From contig CAZJFL010000004.1 of NCBI GenBank assembly GCA_964545575.1, positions 9,512-73,511 of the forward strand: 64,000 nt of DNA. Direction: 5' to 3'. Each line of letters begins with the position of its first letter. The first letter of the stretch is position 1. Below are positions 1 through 11,170 of this stretch, one piece after another. The notes beneath the pieces are model-generated. The model saw nothing but the letters and a program-made list of their open reading frames with translations. It made no database searches and was not told the origin of the DNA. Made by a program: the position numbers and the translations under genes. Origin of the DNA: an uncultured Planctomycetales bacterium. GTDB taxonomy: Bacteria > Omnitrophota > Gorgyraeia > Gygaellales > Profunditerraquicolaceae.

Positions 1-35
1 TTCAGCACGCGAACAACATCCCGCAGCAGAATATG

Positions 36-1088
36 CTAAAACATTTCTTCTTGCTTTTCTTTATTATATTTTAACCCGAAGTGTTCGAAGGCTATCTTAG
101 TGGCTATTCTGCCGCGCGCAGTGCGTTTCAGGAACCCGGATTTAAGCAGGTATGGCTCGATGGTATCCACGATCGTATCTACTTCTTCATTCATACTCGC
201 CGCCACCGATTCTACGCCTACCGGGCCGCCGCCGAAAGAATCAAGAATCACTTTCAGGACTTTGCGGTCCATATCGTCCAAGCCTGCCTTATCAATACCC
301 ATTTCATCCAGGGACTTGCTGGTTATTTGCATATTTATTTTATTCTGCTTGGCCACCTGCGCATAATCCCTGATACGCCTGAGCAGCCGGTTAGCCACGC
401 GCGGAGTGCCCCGGGCACGCCTGCCGATTTCTTCCGCCGCCTCCCCGTCTATTTCTACATCCAGGATCCTGGCTGAATGCCGGACAATCCTGGCCAGGTC
501 GTCTACGGCATAAAAATCCAGATGGTAAAATATGCCGAACCTCCCCCTTAAGGGAGCGGATAACAGGCCCACCCGCGTAGTCGCGCCGACAAGCGTAAAA
601 GGCTTTAGATTAAACTTAATGGTCTTAGCATACGGCCCTTTATCGATCACAAAATCGATCTGGAAACTTTCCATCGCCGGATAGAGAAACTCCTCGACGA
701 CCTTAGAAAGCCGGTGTATCTCGTCTATAAAAAGAATATCCCCAATTTCCAAGTTAGTTAAGATGCCGATTAAATCCCCGGCTCTTTCTATCGCCGGGCC
801 GGAAGTAGCGGTAATTTTTCCGCCCATCTCATGGGCGATAAGATGCGCTAAAGAAGTCTTGCCTAATCCCGGAGGGCCGCAAAGCAGGGCGTGCTCCAGA
901 GGCTCTTTTCTCTGTTTGGCCGCGCTCAGGCAGACCTTTAAGTTATCGACTGTTTCTTTCTGGCCGATAAAATCGGTAAGCTTATGCGGCCGCAAAGAAA
1001 TATTTAAAACCAGGTCCTCTTCGTCCTGCGCGGTATTATTAATTATGCGGCTGCTATCAATTAGTTTCTGCCTTGTTTCTTCTGTCAT
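36..1088 (-). CDS. ruvB: Holliday junction branch migration helicase RuvB
   Basis: LRPxxLxDFIGQ, Walker A GPPGLGKT, FIDEIHR, RGTPRVANRLL; start placed at MTEE (1088) rather than the ORF-track start 1133. Confidence 0.97.
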   Translation of the reverse strand: MTEETRQKLIDSSRIINNTAQDEEDLVLNISLRPHKLTDFIGQKETVDNLKVCLSAAKQRKEPLEHALLCGPPGLGKTSLAHLIAHEMGGKITATSGPAIERAGDLIGILTNLEIGDILFIDEIHRLSKVVEEFLYPAMESFQIDFVIDKGPYAKTIKFNLKPFTLVGATTRVGLLSAPLRGRFGIFYHLDFYAVDDLARIVRHSARILDVEIDGEAAEEIGRRARGTPRVANRLLRRIRDYAQVAKQNKINMQITSKSLDEMGIDKAGLDDMDRKVLKVILDSFGGGPVGVESVAASMNEEVDTIVDTIEPYLLKSGFLKRTARGRIATKIAFEHFGLKYNKEKQEEMF

Positions 1089-1812
1089 AGGGTATGATGT
1101 TTTCTTTGTTCCTGCCGATTTCAATCTCTTCAAATAGCCCTCTCTGCCAGGCGACTATTTCTTTCAGGCGGATCAGCTCCAAAATCGCCAAAAATATTAC
1201 CACCATCTCTATTTTATTGTTCGCCTGCGAAAATAACTGGGAAATTCGCGCCGAGGGCTTCTCCAATAAGAGGTGCAGGATGGCATGGATTTTTTCTTCG
1301 ACGGTAAACTCATCCTTGATGACTTCGTAGAATACCTCCCTGGGTATATCCTCCATGGCCTTGGAAAAAACGCTGATCAGGTCAAAGAGGCTGGCCTCAA
1401 AATAAACCTCGCCTTCCGCGGGCTCCCCTGTTTTAGCCTCAGCCCTAGGCCGCTTAAATACCTCCTGCTGGGCAACTTCCTTCTGCCTTAAATTTTCGGC
1501 GATCTCCTTAAACTTTTCGTACTCTAACAGGCGCTTTATCAGTTCCGCGCGCGGATCCTCTTTTTCCTCGAGGCTCGCGGGATCCGGGGGAAGCAGCATC
1601 TTGGATTTAATCTGCATCAGGGTTGCCGCCATTACTAAAAACTCTCCCGCGATATTTAAATCCAGGAGTTTCATTAATTCCAGGTATCGCAGGTACTGCT
1701 CGGTGACCCTGGCGATGGGGATATCATAGATATTCAAGTGGTCTTTTTTAACCAGATATAAAAGCAGGTCCAGCGGCCCCTCGAACACCTCTAATCTTAC
1801 TTTATAACTCAT
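1057..1812 (-). CDS. scpA: Segregation/condensation protein A (kleisin)
   Basis: FEGPLDLLLYL...YDIPIA, AGEFLVMAATL..IKS, FLAILEL motifs. Confidence 0.95.
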   Translation of the reverse strand: MSYKVRLEVFEGPLDLLLYLVKKDHLNIYDIPIARVTEQYLRYLELMKLLDLNIAGEFLVMAATLMQIKSKMLLPPDPASLEEKEDPRAELIKRLLEYEKFKEIAENLRQKEVAQQEVFKRPRAEAKTGEPAEGEVYFEASLFDLISVFSKAMEDIPREVFYEVIKDEFTVEEKIHAILHLLLEKPSARISQLFSQANNKIEMVVIFLAILELIRLKEIVAWQRGLFEEIEIGRNKENIIPYDRRNKAETN

Positions 1813-2789
1813 ATCTTCATCAGGCTTTTTACCTCCGCCAGCGTCTTTGCGGCTAAGCCGGAAGCCTTTTTTCTGCCTTCTTCTAATATTTTTTCTATTT
1901 TACCTTTATCACTGGCTAATTCCTGGCGTCTTTTATGTAAAGGGGCTAATTTTTCAATCAAGCCCGCAGCGAATCTTTTCTTGCATTCAGTACATCCTGC
2001 TTTGGCGTTGGTGCACCAATCATAGACTTCGTCTTTAAGCCCGGGGATAAAGGTAGAGTAGTAGGCGAAAACGTTGCAGACGCCGGGATGCCCTTTATCA
2101 CTAAGCCTTATCCTTTGGGGGTCGGTAATCATGCTGGAAACTTTTGTTTTAAGTACCTCCTCCGAATCCGAAAGGTTAATGGTGTTATCGTAGCTCTTAC
2201 TCATCTTCCTCCCGTCTAAACCTAAAAGGCGCGGCGTCTCGGTTAATATAGCTTCTGGATCGGGAAAGACTTGTTTTTTATAAAGGCTGTTAAAACGGCG
2301 GGCGATTTCGCGGGTCAGCTCAAGATGCGGCAACTGGTCTTCTCCCACCGGAACTTTTTCTGCTTTATAAACTAAAATATCCGCGGCCTGCAGCACGGGA
2401 TACCCTAAGAAGCCATAAGTATTTAAATCGCGTGTTTTTATCTCTCTGAGCTGCTCTTTATAAGTAGGGCACCTCTCCAGCCATCCTAAAGGCGTAAAGC
2501 AGGAGAAGATCATCGAAAGCGCTAAGTGCTCCGGAACCTGGGATTGCACAAAGATAGTTGATTCTTCGGGGTCGATACCGGCGCTGAGCCAGTCTATTAC
2601 ATTATCCACGGCTGATTCCGATAAAACCGCAGGATGCTCGTATTCGCTCATCAGCGCATGCCAGTCTGCGACCATAAAAAAACAATCGTATTCCTGCTGT
2701 AATTTTACCCAATTATCCAATGCCCCGACCAGATGCCCTAGATGTAATTTGCCCGTCGGACGCATGCCGCTCAAAACCCGCTTTTTCAT
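1809..2789 (-). CDS. trpS: Tryptophan--tRNA ligase
   Basis: SGMRPTGKLHLGH, YPVLQAADIL, VPVGEDQ, KMSKS. Confidence 0.97.
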   Translation of the reverse strand: MKKRVLSGMRPTGKLHLGHLVGALDNWVKLQQEYDCFFMVADWHALMSEYEHPAVLSESAVDNVIDWLSAGIDPEESTIFVQSQVPEHLALSMIFSCFTPLGWLERCPTYKEQLREIKTRDLNTYGFLGYPVLQAADILVYKAEKVPVGEDQLPHLELTREIARRFNSLYKKQVFPDPEAILTETPRLLGLDGRKMSKSYDNTINLSDSEEVLKTKVSSMITDPQRIRLSDKGHPGVCNVFAYYSTFIPGLKDEVYDWCTNAKAGCTECKKRFAAGLIEKLAPLHKRRQELASDKGKIEKILEEGRKKASGLAAKTLAEVKSLMKI

Positions 2790-4933
2790 AATTTTCTCGC
2801 TATCTTCTCTATCTCATATGCTTCAATAATGTCGCCTTCCTGATAGCTATCGAAACCGCCCAGGGCAATGCCGCATTCAAATCCTTCGGCGACTTCCCGC
2901 ACGTCATCTTTAAAACGTTTTAGCGAAGAAATATTCCCTTCGAAAATAGCCTCGCCGTTACGCACTAAAGTCACGGAGGCGGAACGGGTGATTTTACCCT
3001 TAGAAACGAAACATCCGGCGATGGTGCCGGAGCGGGAGACCTTAAAAACCTTCCTTACCTCTACCCTGCCTAAGAAGACCTTTTTTAATTTCGGTTCCAG
3101 CATCCCCTCCAGGGCCGCTTTGACATCATTGGCTAATTCATAAATGACGCTATAGGTCCTCATTTCCACGCCTTCCTGGGCGAGCAGCTCTTTGGCGCGC
3201 TCGTCGCTGGTCACGTGAAAACCCAGTATCAGCGCATTCGAGGCCGCAGCCAGTATTACATCCGAAGAGTTTATATTGCCTACGCCTTCGTGGATAATAT
3301 CTAATTTTATCTCTTCAAGCTTCAACTTGTTTAAGGTATCCCTGATCGCCTCGATAGAGCCGCGCACATCGGACTTAATCACCAGTTTAAGTTCTTTGAT
3401 CTTGCCTTCCTTAATCTGGGAGTGGAGGTCTTCCAGGCTGATTCTCTTGATGGTCTTTATTTCCGATTGCCTCTGGCTTTCTTCCCTTTTACTGGTTAAT
3501 TCCTTGGCCAGCCTCTCGTCTTCAATCGCAAAAAACTGCTCTCCGGCCTGCGGAACACCCGCCAGCCCCAGGATCTCAACCGGCACAGAAGGCCCGGCGG
3601 AAGTCACTGCCTGGCCGCGGTCATTAAACATCGCCCTGATCTTACCGTAATATTTACCGACAATGATATTCTCATTCAGGTGCAAAGTCCCGTTCTGCAC
3701 GATGAGAGTCGCTACCGGCCCCCTGCCTTTGGATAATTTTGCCTCCAGCACCACTCCTTTAGCTAATTTATTGGGGTTTGCCTTTAATTCCAGCATCTGG
3801 GCTTCCAGAAGTATCATCTCCAATAAGTTATCGATACCCTCACCGGTCTTGGCGGAAACCGGCACGGTGATAGTCTTGCCACCCCAGTCCTCGCTCATCA
3901 GATCAAGTTTAGAGAGCTGTTTTTTCACCCGGTCCAGGTCAGCCTGCGGCTTATCTATTTTATTGAGCGCCACAATGATAGTCACCCCGGCAGCCCGGGC
4001 ATGGTCTATGGCTTCCTCTGTCTGAGGCATAATGCCGTCATCCGCCGCCACCACCAGGACCACGATATCGGTAACGCTTGCCCCCCGCGCGCGCATCGCG
4101 GTAAAAGCCTCATGGCCAGGGGTATCTAAAAAGGTGATATACCCGTGCGCCAGGCTTACCCGATAGGCTCCGATATGCTGGGTGATGCCGCCGTGTTCTG
4201 ATTCGGCAACTTTAGTCTTTCTGATCGCATCCAGGAGCGAAGTCTTACCGTGGTCTACATGACCCATAAAAGTCACTATCGGAGAACGCATCTTAAGCAG
4301 CTTAGGGTCATCGGCTTCTTCGTGTATGCGCAGGGCTAACTCCTCTCTTCCGGGAGCCTTTTTTATCTGGAAGCCGAACTTGGCGCAAATCTCGGCCGCT
4401 ATTCCTTCCTCCAAGTTTTGGTTTATCCCCACCATCACCCTTCTATCGAGTAGCATTTTAATTAAGGCAGACGGCTTTTCCTGTAATTTCACCGCCAGGT
4501 CTTTAACCGTGAGGGGAAAATCTAATTCTATTTCTTTTAACTCTACTTTTGGGACGGGCGCAGCCGGTTTAACTTCCGGTACCGGCGGTTTGATTTCTTC
4601 GGCTTTTTCTTTAGGGGCTACTTTAGGATGCACTACTCTCGGCGGCACCGGCATACTCACTACCGGCTTTGCGGCTTCCTGCGGCTTAAGAGGCTGTAGC
4701 GGGGCTTCGACGCTTGCGGGCTTCTTCGGTTTTTCTGCGGGTAGCTTCTCTATGGCTGCCTTTTTTACTGCGGCAGCCGGCTTTTTTACTTTGGCGGTAA
4801 CGGGCTTAGCCAGCGCCTTAACAACAGTTTTTTTCACCGCCTTTGGCAGAGCAGGTTTGCCGGCGGTTTTCCGGGTAATCTTAATCTTATTGACCTTTTT
4901 AGTTTCTGCTTTTGCTTTTTTTGCTTTTGCCAT
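2786..4933 (-). CDS. infB: Translation initiation factor IF-2 with Lys/Ala/Pro-rich N-terminus
   Basis: [39 protein letters not shown]. Confidence 0.98.
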   Translation of the reverse strand: MAKAKKAKAETKKVNKIKITRKTAGKPALPKAVKKTVVKALAKPVTAKVKKPAAAVKKAAIEKLPAEKPKKPASVEAPLQPLKPQEAAKPVVSMPVPPRVVHPKVAPKEKAEEIKPPVPEVKPAAPVPKVELKEIELDFPLTVKDLAVKLQEKPSALIKMLLDRRVMVGINQNLEEGIAAEICAKFGFQIKKAPGREELALRIHEEADDPKLLKMRSPIVTFMGHVDHGKTSLLDAIRKTKVAESEHGGITQHIGAYRVSLAHGYITFLDTPGHEAFTAMRARGASVTDIVVLVVAADDGIMPQTEEAIDHARAAGVTIIVALNKIDKPQADLDRVKKQLSKLDLMSEDWGGKTITVPVSAKTGEGIDNLLEMILLEAQMLELKANPNKLAKGVVLEAKLSKGRGPVATLIVQNGTLHLNENIIVGKYYGKIRAMFNDRGQAVTSAGPSVPVEILGLAGVPQAGEQFFAIEDERLAKELTSKREESQRQSEIKTIKRISLEDLHSQIKEGKIKELKLVIKSDVRGSIEAIRDTLNKLKLEEIKLDIIHEGVGNINSSDVILAAASNALILGFHVTSDERAKELLAQEGVEMRTYSVIYELANDVKAALEGMLEPKLKKVFLGRVEVRKVFKVSRSGTIAGCFVSKGKITRSASVTLVRNGEAIFEGNISSLKRFKDDVREVAEGFECGIALGGFDSYQEGDIIEAYEIEKIARKL

Positions 4934-6128
4934 CGCTACCTACTTTTTGTTCGAGCTTGCGGGCCTCTTTGAACAACTTTTCTGCTTTCTTCTCCCCTAT
5001 CCCTTTCACTTTCAATAGATCCTGGGGTCCGGCTTTCAAAATATCCTCTATAGTTTTAAAGCCTGCATCCGCAAGTGCTGCCAGAGTCTTTTCTCCCACC
5101 CCTCGTAATTGCTCCAGGGTTTGGCCCTCTCCAGCCTCCGGAACTTCCTGTATTCCTGCCTTTTCTGCTTCGGCTTTCACCGCGGCGAGAGCAGATTTAG
5201 CGCGTATATCTAACTCCCAACCGATGATCTTTGAAGCCAAGCGTACATTCTGCCCGTGTTTGCCGATAGATAAAGAAAGCTGGTCGTCATCCACGCATAC
5301 CTCAGCCCGCATTTTTTCTTTGTCCAGCTTGATCTCGGCTATCTTTGCCGGAGAAAGCGCTGCTTTAATATATTCCTTGATATCCTCATTATAGCGCACA
5401 ATATCGATTTTCTCTCCGTTTAATTCATTGACGATGTTCCTGACGCGGTTACCGCGCATCCCCACGCAGGCGCCCACAGAGTCTACTTTATCGTTCTTAG
5501 ACCGGACCGCGATTTTAGTGCGTTCTCCCGGCTGGCGGGCGATGGCTTTTATCTCGACGATACCTTCGTAAATCTCCGGCACCTCCAGCTCAAATAATTT
5601 CTTGACAAAGTTAGGATGGGTGCGGGATAAAATAATCTGCGGCCCCTTGACGTCCTTTTTTACTTCCACAACATAAGCGCGGATGCGCTGGCCCTGCCTG
5701 AAATCTTCTCCCGGAGACTGTTCGCGTTTCAGGAGAATCCCTTCGGCTTTGCCTAAAAGATCGACGACAATATTGCCTTTATCAAACCTGTACACCGTGC
5801 CCGAGACTATCTCGCCGACCCGGCCCTGGAATTCGGCAAAGACCACGTCTTTTTCCGCCTCGCGTATCTTCTGTATAATCACCTGCCGCGCCGTAGAGGC
5901 TGCAATACGGCCGAAATCTATGGATTTGATTTCCTCGTTATTGCGGGTAGCTTTGATCTTGCCGGTATTACGGTCAATTTCGATTTTAAGCTCTTCTTCG
6001 GGCTTTACGTCAATGACCTTGCGCGCGGCAGTTAAAAGCGCGCTCTCCACCGCCTCTAAAAGCACTTCTTTTTTGATGCCTTTTTCTCGCTCGATCTGCT
6101 CCAGTATCGCTAACAATTCTTGACTCAT
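4899..6128 (-). CDS. nusA: Transcription termination factor NusA with C-terminal HhH repeats
   Basis: FGRIAASTARQVIIQKIREAE, EVPEI, GACVGMRG, IGKHGQNVRLA; rimP-nusA-infB order. Confidence 0.97.
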   Translation of the reverse strand: MSQELLAILEQIEREKGIKKEVLLEAVESALLTAARKVIDVKPEEELKIEIDRNTGKIKATRNNEEIKSIDFGRIAASTARQVIIQKIREAEKDVVFAEFQGRVGEIVSGTVYRFDKGNIVVDLLGKAEGILLKREQSPGEDFRQGQRIRAYVVEVKKDVKGPQIILSRTHPNFVKKLFELEVPEIYEGIVEIKAIARQPGERTKIAVRSKNDKVDSVGACVGMRGNRVRNIVNELNGEKIDIVRYNEDIKEYIKAALSPAKIAEIKLDKEKMRAEVCVDDDQLSLSIGKHGQNVRLASKIIGWELDIRAKSALAAVKAEAEKAGIQEVPEAGEGQTLEQLRGVGEKTLAALADAGFKTIEDILKAGPQDLLKVKGIGEKKAEKLFKEARKLEQKVGSDGKSKKSKSRN

Positions 6129-6148
6129 TTTGATCTCCGCTTAAGGTC

Positions 6149-6610
6149 CTACCCTATTACTTGTTTTGCTTTGGTTATCTTAGCTAAAGGAATCTCTATA
6201 TTTCTACCATCCGCATCTACCACGAGGTAATCATCTTTTATTGCCTGTATCAAGCCCTCAATCTCGGTTTTATTCTCCAGGGCTTCCCCTAAGAAAACCC
6301 TCACCATTTTATTTAAACAACGCAGGAAATCCTCTTTTGTTTCCAGCGGCCGGTCTATCCCGGGAGAAGATACCTCTAAAATATACCTACCGGGCAATAA
6401 ATCTTTTTCGTCAAGCGCTAGGCCTATCTCTTTATTCAGGCGGGAACATTCTGCTAAGTTTATGCCTCCCTCGGGCCTGTCCGCCAGGATGCGTAAAAAC
6501 AGATCCCTGCCTTCATACCTGTAGATGATATCCACCAATTCAAAGCCTTCTCTCTTTAAATGGTCTCTGATCAGGGCCTCTAATTCCCGCGACATCTCCT
6601 GTCTAACCAT
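6149..6610 (-). CDS. rimP: Ribosome maturation factor RimP
   Basis: YILEVSSPGIDRPL motif; upstream of nusA. Confidence 0.95.
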   Translation of the reverse strand: MVRQEMSRELEALIRDHLKREGFELVDIIYRYEGRDLFLRILADRPEGGINLAECSRLNKEIGLALDEKDLLPGRYILEVSSPGIDRPLETKEDFLRCLNKMVRVFLGEALENKTEIEGLIQAIKDDYLVVDADGRNIEIPLAKITKAKQVIG

Positions 6611-7853
6611 TAAAATACCCTTTTATCTTTTTTAAAACCGCCTCTTTAGTATCGATGAACTTTTCACTACTCCGGCGCACTTTAAGCTCCAGGGTAGAGT
6701 TTTTTAAAGATTCTTTTCCGATAATCAACTGCAAGCTAATACCCAAGAGGTCGGCATCTTTAAACTTTACTCCGGCGCGCTCATCACGGTCATCGAGAAG
6801 TGTTGTAATCCCCTGCTTTTCCAAATCATTATAGATATCCAAAGCTATCTCCATAATTTTTTTATCGGTTACATCCAAGGGTAAAACAACTACTTTGTAA
6901 GGCGTGACTTCATCGGGCCAGATAATGCCAGCTGTGTCGTAATTCTGTTCGATGATCGCCGCAATCATCCTCGAGACCCCTATGCCGTAGCAGCCCATGA
7001 TCACCGGTTTCTGCCTGCCGCCGGCATCGAGAAAATTAGCGCCTAATGCCAGGCTGTATTTAACCCCTAATTTAAAGATATGGCCCACTTCAACGCAATT
7101 GACTTTTTCTAATTTCACCTTGCACTTATGACAGGCCTCTTCTTTTGCCTGATTAAAAGGCTTAACCAGTTTACACTTCGGGCAAACCGAAACGATGTCT
7201 TCTCCGCTTGCCGCCGGCACCATAAACTCATGCGAAACATTCCCTCCCATTACCCCGGGGTCTGCTTCTAGCGACAGGCAATTCAGGCCGCACCTTTTAA
7301 AGATATTTTTATAAGCCTGCTGCATCGCCTGGTAATTTTTATCCAGGCCCTCCTCATCCTTATCGAAACTATAGGCGTCTTTCATGATGAACTCGCAGGC
7401 CCTGACTACCCCGAAACGCGGGCGGATCTCGTCGCGGAACTTAGTCTGTATCTGATAAAGAACCAAAGGTAATTGCTTATAGGAAGAAACGTGGTTTTTA
7501 ACCAGCTCGGTGATTACCTCTTCGTGCGTCGGACCGAGGCAGACTTTCCTGCCCCTTCTGTCGGTGAACCTGATCATCACTTCCGCGATAACCTTATCGC
7601 GGCCGGAATTAATCCAAAGCTCCTCTGGCTGTAAAGCCGGAAGCAAGAGTTCATTTGCGCCACAGGCATCCATCTCCTGGCGGATGATATTTTCAATATT
7701 ATTTAATACCTTCAATCCGAGGGGCAGGTAAGAATACACCCCGGCCATGAGCATACGGACGAGCCCCGCGCGCAACATCAGCTGATGGCTGACGGATTCT
7801 GCCTCCTGCGGAGTCTCTTTTAAGGTAGGTATAAAGGTTTTAGACCAGAGCAT
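6603..7853 (-). CDS. proS: Proline--tRNA ligase, short form without INS editing domain
   Basis: SHQLMLRAG, LGPTHEE, KFRDEIRPRFG, EVGHIFKLG, MGCYGIG; 416 aa. Confidence 0.96.
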   Translation of the reverse strand: MLWSKTFIPTLKETPQEAESVSHQLMLRAGLVRMLMAGVYSYLPLGLKVLNNIENIIRQEMDACGANELLLPALQPEELWINSGRDKVIAEVMIRFTDRRGRKVCLGPTHEEVITELVKNHVSSYKQLPLVLYQIQTKFRDEIRPRFGVVRACEFIMKDAYSFDKDEEGLDKNYQAMQQAYKNIFKRCGLNCLSLEADPGVMGGNVSHEFMVPAASGEDIVSVCPKCKLVKPFNQAKEEACHKCKVKLEKVNCVEVGHIFKLGVKYSLALGANFLDAGGRQKPVIMGCYGIGVSRMIAAIIEQNYDTAGIIWPDEVTPYKVVVLPLDVTDKKIMEIALDIYNDLEKQGITTLLDDRDERAGVKFKDADLLGISLQLIIGKESLKNSTLELKVRRSSEKFIDTKEAVLKKIKGYFNG

Positions 7854-7861
7854 TTTGCTTT

Positions 7862-8920
7862 CTACTGCCTCCCTATCTCTCTAAGCAGCACCTCTGTGCA
7901 TTTATGGTAAGGTATTTTTCTTATGGGTTTTCCCTTTTTAAAGAGGAGGCCTTGCTTTTTTCCAAAAGCAATTCCGATATCCGCGCCCTTAGCTTCTCCG
8001 GGGCCGTTAACTACACAGCCCATTATGGCTATCTTAGGTAGCCGGGTCGATAGTCGATAGTCGATAGTCGATAGTCGGGATTCTAAATCTCTGACTATTT
8101 TTACTAAATCCACTTCGCAGCGGCCGCAAGTCGGGCAGCTGATGATTTCCGGGCCAAAATGGCGCAAGTCCAAAGATTCTAAAATATCCCGGGCAGCTCT
8201 TACCTCTTCCTCGGGGCTGGCGGTCAGGGAAACCCTGATTGTATCGCCGATCCCTTCGGATAATAAAGCGCCGATAGCGATGCTGGATTTTATTGCGCCT
8301 TGCCGGGGCAATCCGGCCGCCGTAACTCCCAGATGCAGCGGGTAATCGCAAAGCCTGGCAATCTTACGGTAAGCCAAAATCGTCTCTAGTGCCGCGGACG
8401 CCTTCAGCGAAATTACTATATCATAAAACTTTAATTTCTCTATTTTTTTCACATAATCTAAAGCGCTCTGCACCAATCTTTCCGAAAGACTTAATCTGTG
8501 CGAATTTAAATCTCTTAAGGAGCCGGAATTAACCCCTATCCGCAAAGGTATTTTCGCCTGCTTCAGGGCGCTGGTGATTTCTTTTATTTCTTTATCTTTA
8601 TAGATATTACCCGGGTTTAACCTGATTTTATCCGCGCCGTTATCTATTGCTGCCAGGGCCAAGCGCCAGGAAAAGTGGATATCCGCGACTACCGGTATCG
8701 CGGTATTGGCCTTGATGCGCTTTATGGCTTGGGCATCCCGGATATCTTTAACCGCCACGCGCACAATCTCGCAACCAGCAGCCTCTAAGGCGCGAAGCTG
8801 CTTTAATGTCTTGGCGATATCTGCAGTTTTAGCCTTAGCCATCGACTGTATGGCTATTGGGTTATTGCCGCCGATATAAATACTGCCGATTTTGACGATT
8901 TTACTCTTACGCCTGTTCAT
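7862..8920 (-). CDS. ispG: (E)-4-hydroxy-3-methylbut-2-enyl-diphosphate synthase
   Basis: VADIHF, RLNPGNI, GIGDTIRVSL, SCPTCGR, MGCVVNGPGE. Confidence 0.97.
   Translation of the reverse strand: MNRRKSKIVKIGSIYIGGNNPIAIQSMAKAKTADIAKTLKQLRALEAAGCEIVRVAVKDIRDAQAIKRIKANTAIPVVADIHFSWRLALAAIDNGADKIRLNPGNIYKDKEIKEITSALKQAKIPLRIGVNSGSLRDLNSHRLSLSERLVQSALDYVKKIEKLKFYDIVISLKASAALETILAYRKIARLCDYPLHLGVTAAGLPRQGAIKSSIAIGALLSEGIGDTIRVSLTASPEEEVRAARDILESLDLRHFGPEIISCPTCGRCEVDLVKIVRDLESRLSTIDYRLSTRLPKIAIMGCVVNGPGEAKGADIGIAFGKKQGLLFKKGKPIRKIPYHKCTEVLLREIGRQ
8046..8077. repeat. Heptamer tandem array (GTCGATA)x4.6 inside ispG, encoding RLSTIDYRLST
   Basis: gtcgatagtcgatagtcgatagtcgatagtcg read directly. Confidence 0.95.
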
Positions 8921-8925
8921 TTATA

Positions 8926-10008
8926 TTATCTTTGTAAAAATTTGGCTATTTTATCCCCGAATAACCTGCTTAAATCATTATAAGTGACGATTATCGCCAG
9001 GGAAAATATCACGGTTAATCCGATCTGGGTGACAATGCGCTCTGCCTTAAGGCTTAAGGTTTTGCCTCTTATTTTCTCGACCAGCAAAAACAAAAGGTGC
9101 CCGCCGTCTAAGACCGGGATGGGCAGGAGATTAAAGATGGCTAAGCTGACACTTAATACCGCGACCAGATGCAGGAGCGCGATAATACCCAGGCTTGCGG
9201 CTTGAGAAGTTATGTAAAATATCCCCAGCGGACCGGTCATAGATTCGCGCATCGAGAGTTTCCCGTTGATTATACGCCAAAGCGCTTTATAAGTCAGGAG
9301 TGTTAAGTCCCCGGTTTTTTTAAAGGCTAGCCAGAAAGATTCCAGGAATCCGTGCTTTACCTTTACGATTTCATCAAAAGGCGTAATGCCGATCAGGCCG
9401 ACGCTACGTTTCTGCCCCAGCTGATCATCCATGGATTTCTCTTTTATCCTGACATTTATATCGAGTTTCTTCTCTCGCCTAACCACAGAAAGCTTAACCG
9501 TGCCGGCGGCTTTTTTACTCTGGATTTTTTTCTGCAGCTCTTCCCAGAAATCTACTCCTTCACCGTCCACGGCGGTAATTTTATCGCCGACCTGCATGCC
9601 GGCCTCTTTTGCCGGGAAACCGTCGAGCAAGCCTCCTACTTTATTGGTTAACGTAGGGTAGCCGGCAAAGAAAATAAACCAGAAACACAAGAATCCCAAA
9701 ACGTAATTCAAGAGGGGGCCGAAAAATATGACTGCCGCGCGCTGTTTCGGGGGACGGGATAGAAATTCATCCGGATTACCCTTACACTCTTCCAAGTTAT
9801 CCCCGGCCAGTTTTACGTATCCGCCCACCGGGATTAAATTGAGCGAATATTCCGTATCGCGTTTCTTTTTGCTTACGATCCGCGGCCCGAAACCTAAAGA
9901 AAACTTCTCAACTTTAACGCCTATTCTTTTGGCGACGATGAAATGGCCGAACTCATGCACTAATATGAGCAGCCCTAAAATAAAGAAAAAAATAAGTAAG
10001 TGGACCAT
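8926..10008 (-). CDS. rseP: RIP metalloprotease RseP (S2P, PDZ domain)
   Basis: HEFGH, FSLGFGP, NLLPIPVLDGG. Confidence 0.95.
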   Translation of the reverse strand: MVHLLIFFFILGLLILVHEFGHFIVAKRIGVKVEKFSLGFGPRIVSKKKRDTEYSLNLIPVGGYVKLAGDNLEECKGNPDEFLSRPPKQRAAVIFFGPLLNYVLGFLCFWFIFFAGYPTLTNKVGGLLDGFPAKEAGMQVGDKITAVDGEGVDFWEELQKKIQSKKAAGTVKLSVVRREKKLDINVRIKEKSMDDQLGQKRSVGLIGITPFDEIVKVKHGFLESFWLAFKKTGDLTLLTYKALWRIINGKLSMRESMTGPLGIFYITSQAASLGIIALLHLVAVLSVSLAIFNLLPIPVLDGGHLLFLLVEKIRGKTLSLKAERIVTQIGLTVIFSLAIIVTYNDLSRLFGDKIAKFLQR

Positions 10009-10012
10009 CGGC

Positions 10013-11170
10013 TTAGTTTGCTTTCTTGATCACCCGCAACGCCTCTCTTCTAGCCCGGGCATCGGCTTCCAGAATATCGTCTAAATCCGGGTTGGTTACA
10101 TTGCGATGTTGATCCAGAACTTTTCTCATCACGCCTGGTATAGCAAGAAAATCCAGCCTCTTTTTTAAAAACTCAGCTACCGCCACTTCATTAGCGGCAT
10201 TAAAGGCGCAAGGCGCCGTCCCCAACATCTCCGCCACCCGGTAAGATAATCCCAGGCAGGGAAACTTCCGGAAATCCGGCTTTTGGAAATTCAAGCTCTC
10301 TAACTTATATAAATCCACCCCCGGCAGCCGGTTACTTAGCCTGTCGGGGTAGGAAAGCGCATATTGTATAGGGATACGCATATCGGTAATGGATAGCTGT
10401 GCCAGCATTACCCCATCTATGAACTCGACCAGCGAATGTACGATCGCCTCCGGATGAATCAAGATCTTGATCTGGCGCGGGTGCACATTGAATAAATGCA
10501 TCGCCTCAAGCATCTCCAACCCCTTATTCATCAGATTAGCCGAGTCAACGCTGATTTTCTTTCCCATCCTCCACTTAGGATGCTTTAATACCTGCGCCAC
10601 GGAAATACCCCTCAGCTCTTCTTTTTTTATAGCCAGAAACGGCCCTCCCGAAGCGGTCAAATAAACGTTTTTTAGTTTACTCCTGTCTTCTCCGGCCAGG
10701 CACTGCCAGATTGCCGACTGCTCGCTATCTACCGGGATAATCTTTATCTTTTTCTTTTTTGCCCTATCGACGATGATTGCCCCGGCCATTACCAACGCTT
10801 CTTTATTGGCTAAGGCGATGGTCTTACCGCTGTCTATTGCCTTTAATAAAGGCGCAAGCGCGTCTGCGCCGCTGATCGCCACCATTACCTGGTCTATTTC
10901 TCGGCGGCTGACCAGGTGCTCTAAACCATTTTTACCGGCCAGGATTTTACTAGAGCCGCGTTTTATCTTTTTTTCAAGCCTTAAGGCTGCCCGCTCGTCG
11001 TTAACGCAAACGTAGGCGGGACGAAACTCCCTGATCTGACGGTATAAAACTTCTATATTGGAGTTTGCGCTTAAGGCCGCAACCGAAAAATGTTCCGGCA
11101 AGCTTCTGATGACTTCTACGGTACTCTGCCCTATAGAACCGGTAGAACCTAATATGGCAATACGCTTCAT
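10013..11170 (-). CDS. dxr: 1-deoxy-D-xylulose 5-phosphate reductoisomerase
   Basis: LGSTGSIG, LANKE, PVDSE, TASGGPF, MGKKISVDSA. Confidence 0.97.
   Translation of the reverse strand: MKRIAILGSTGSIGQSTVEVIRSLPEHFSVAALSANSNIEVLYRQIREFRPAYVCVNDERAALRLEKKIKRGSSKILAGKNGLEHLVSRREIDQVMVAISGADALAPLLKAIDSGKTIALANKEALVMAGAIIVDRAKKKKIKIIPVDSEQSAIWQCLAGEDRSKLKNVYLTASGGPFLAIKKEELRGISVAQVLKHPKWRMGKKISVDSANLMNKGLEMLEAMHLFNVHPRQIKILIHPEAIVHSLVEFIDGVMLAQLSITDMRIPIQYALSYPDRLSNRLPGVDLYKLESLNFQKPDFRKFPCLGLSYRVAEMLGTAPCAFNAANEVAVAEFLKKRLDFLAIPGVMRKVLDQHRNVTNPDLDDILEADARARREALRVIKKAN

Noticed and set aside
4540-4933. Lys/Ala/Pro-rich low-complexity IF-2 N-terminus
   Set aside because: Variable low-complexity N-termini are normal for IF-2, and no DNA-level repeat unit is evident.
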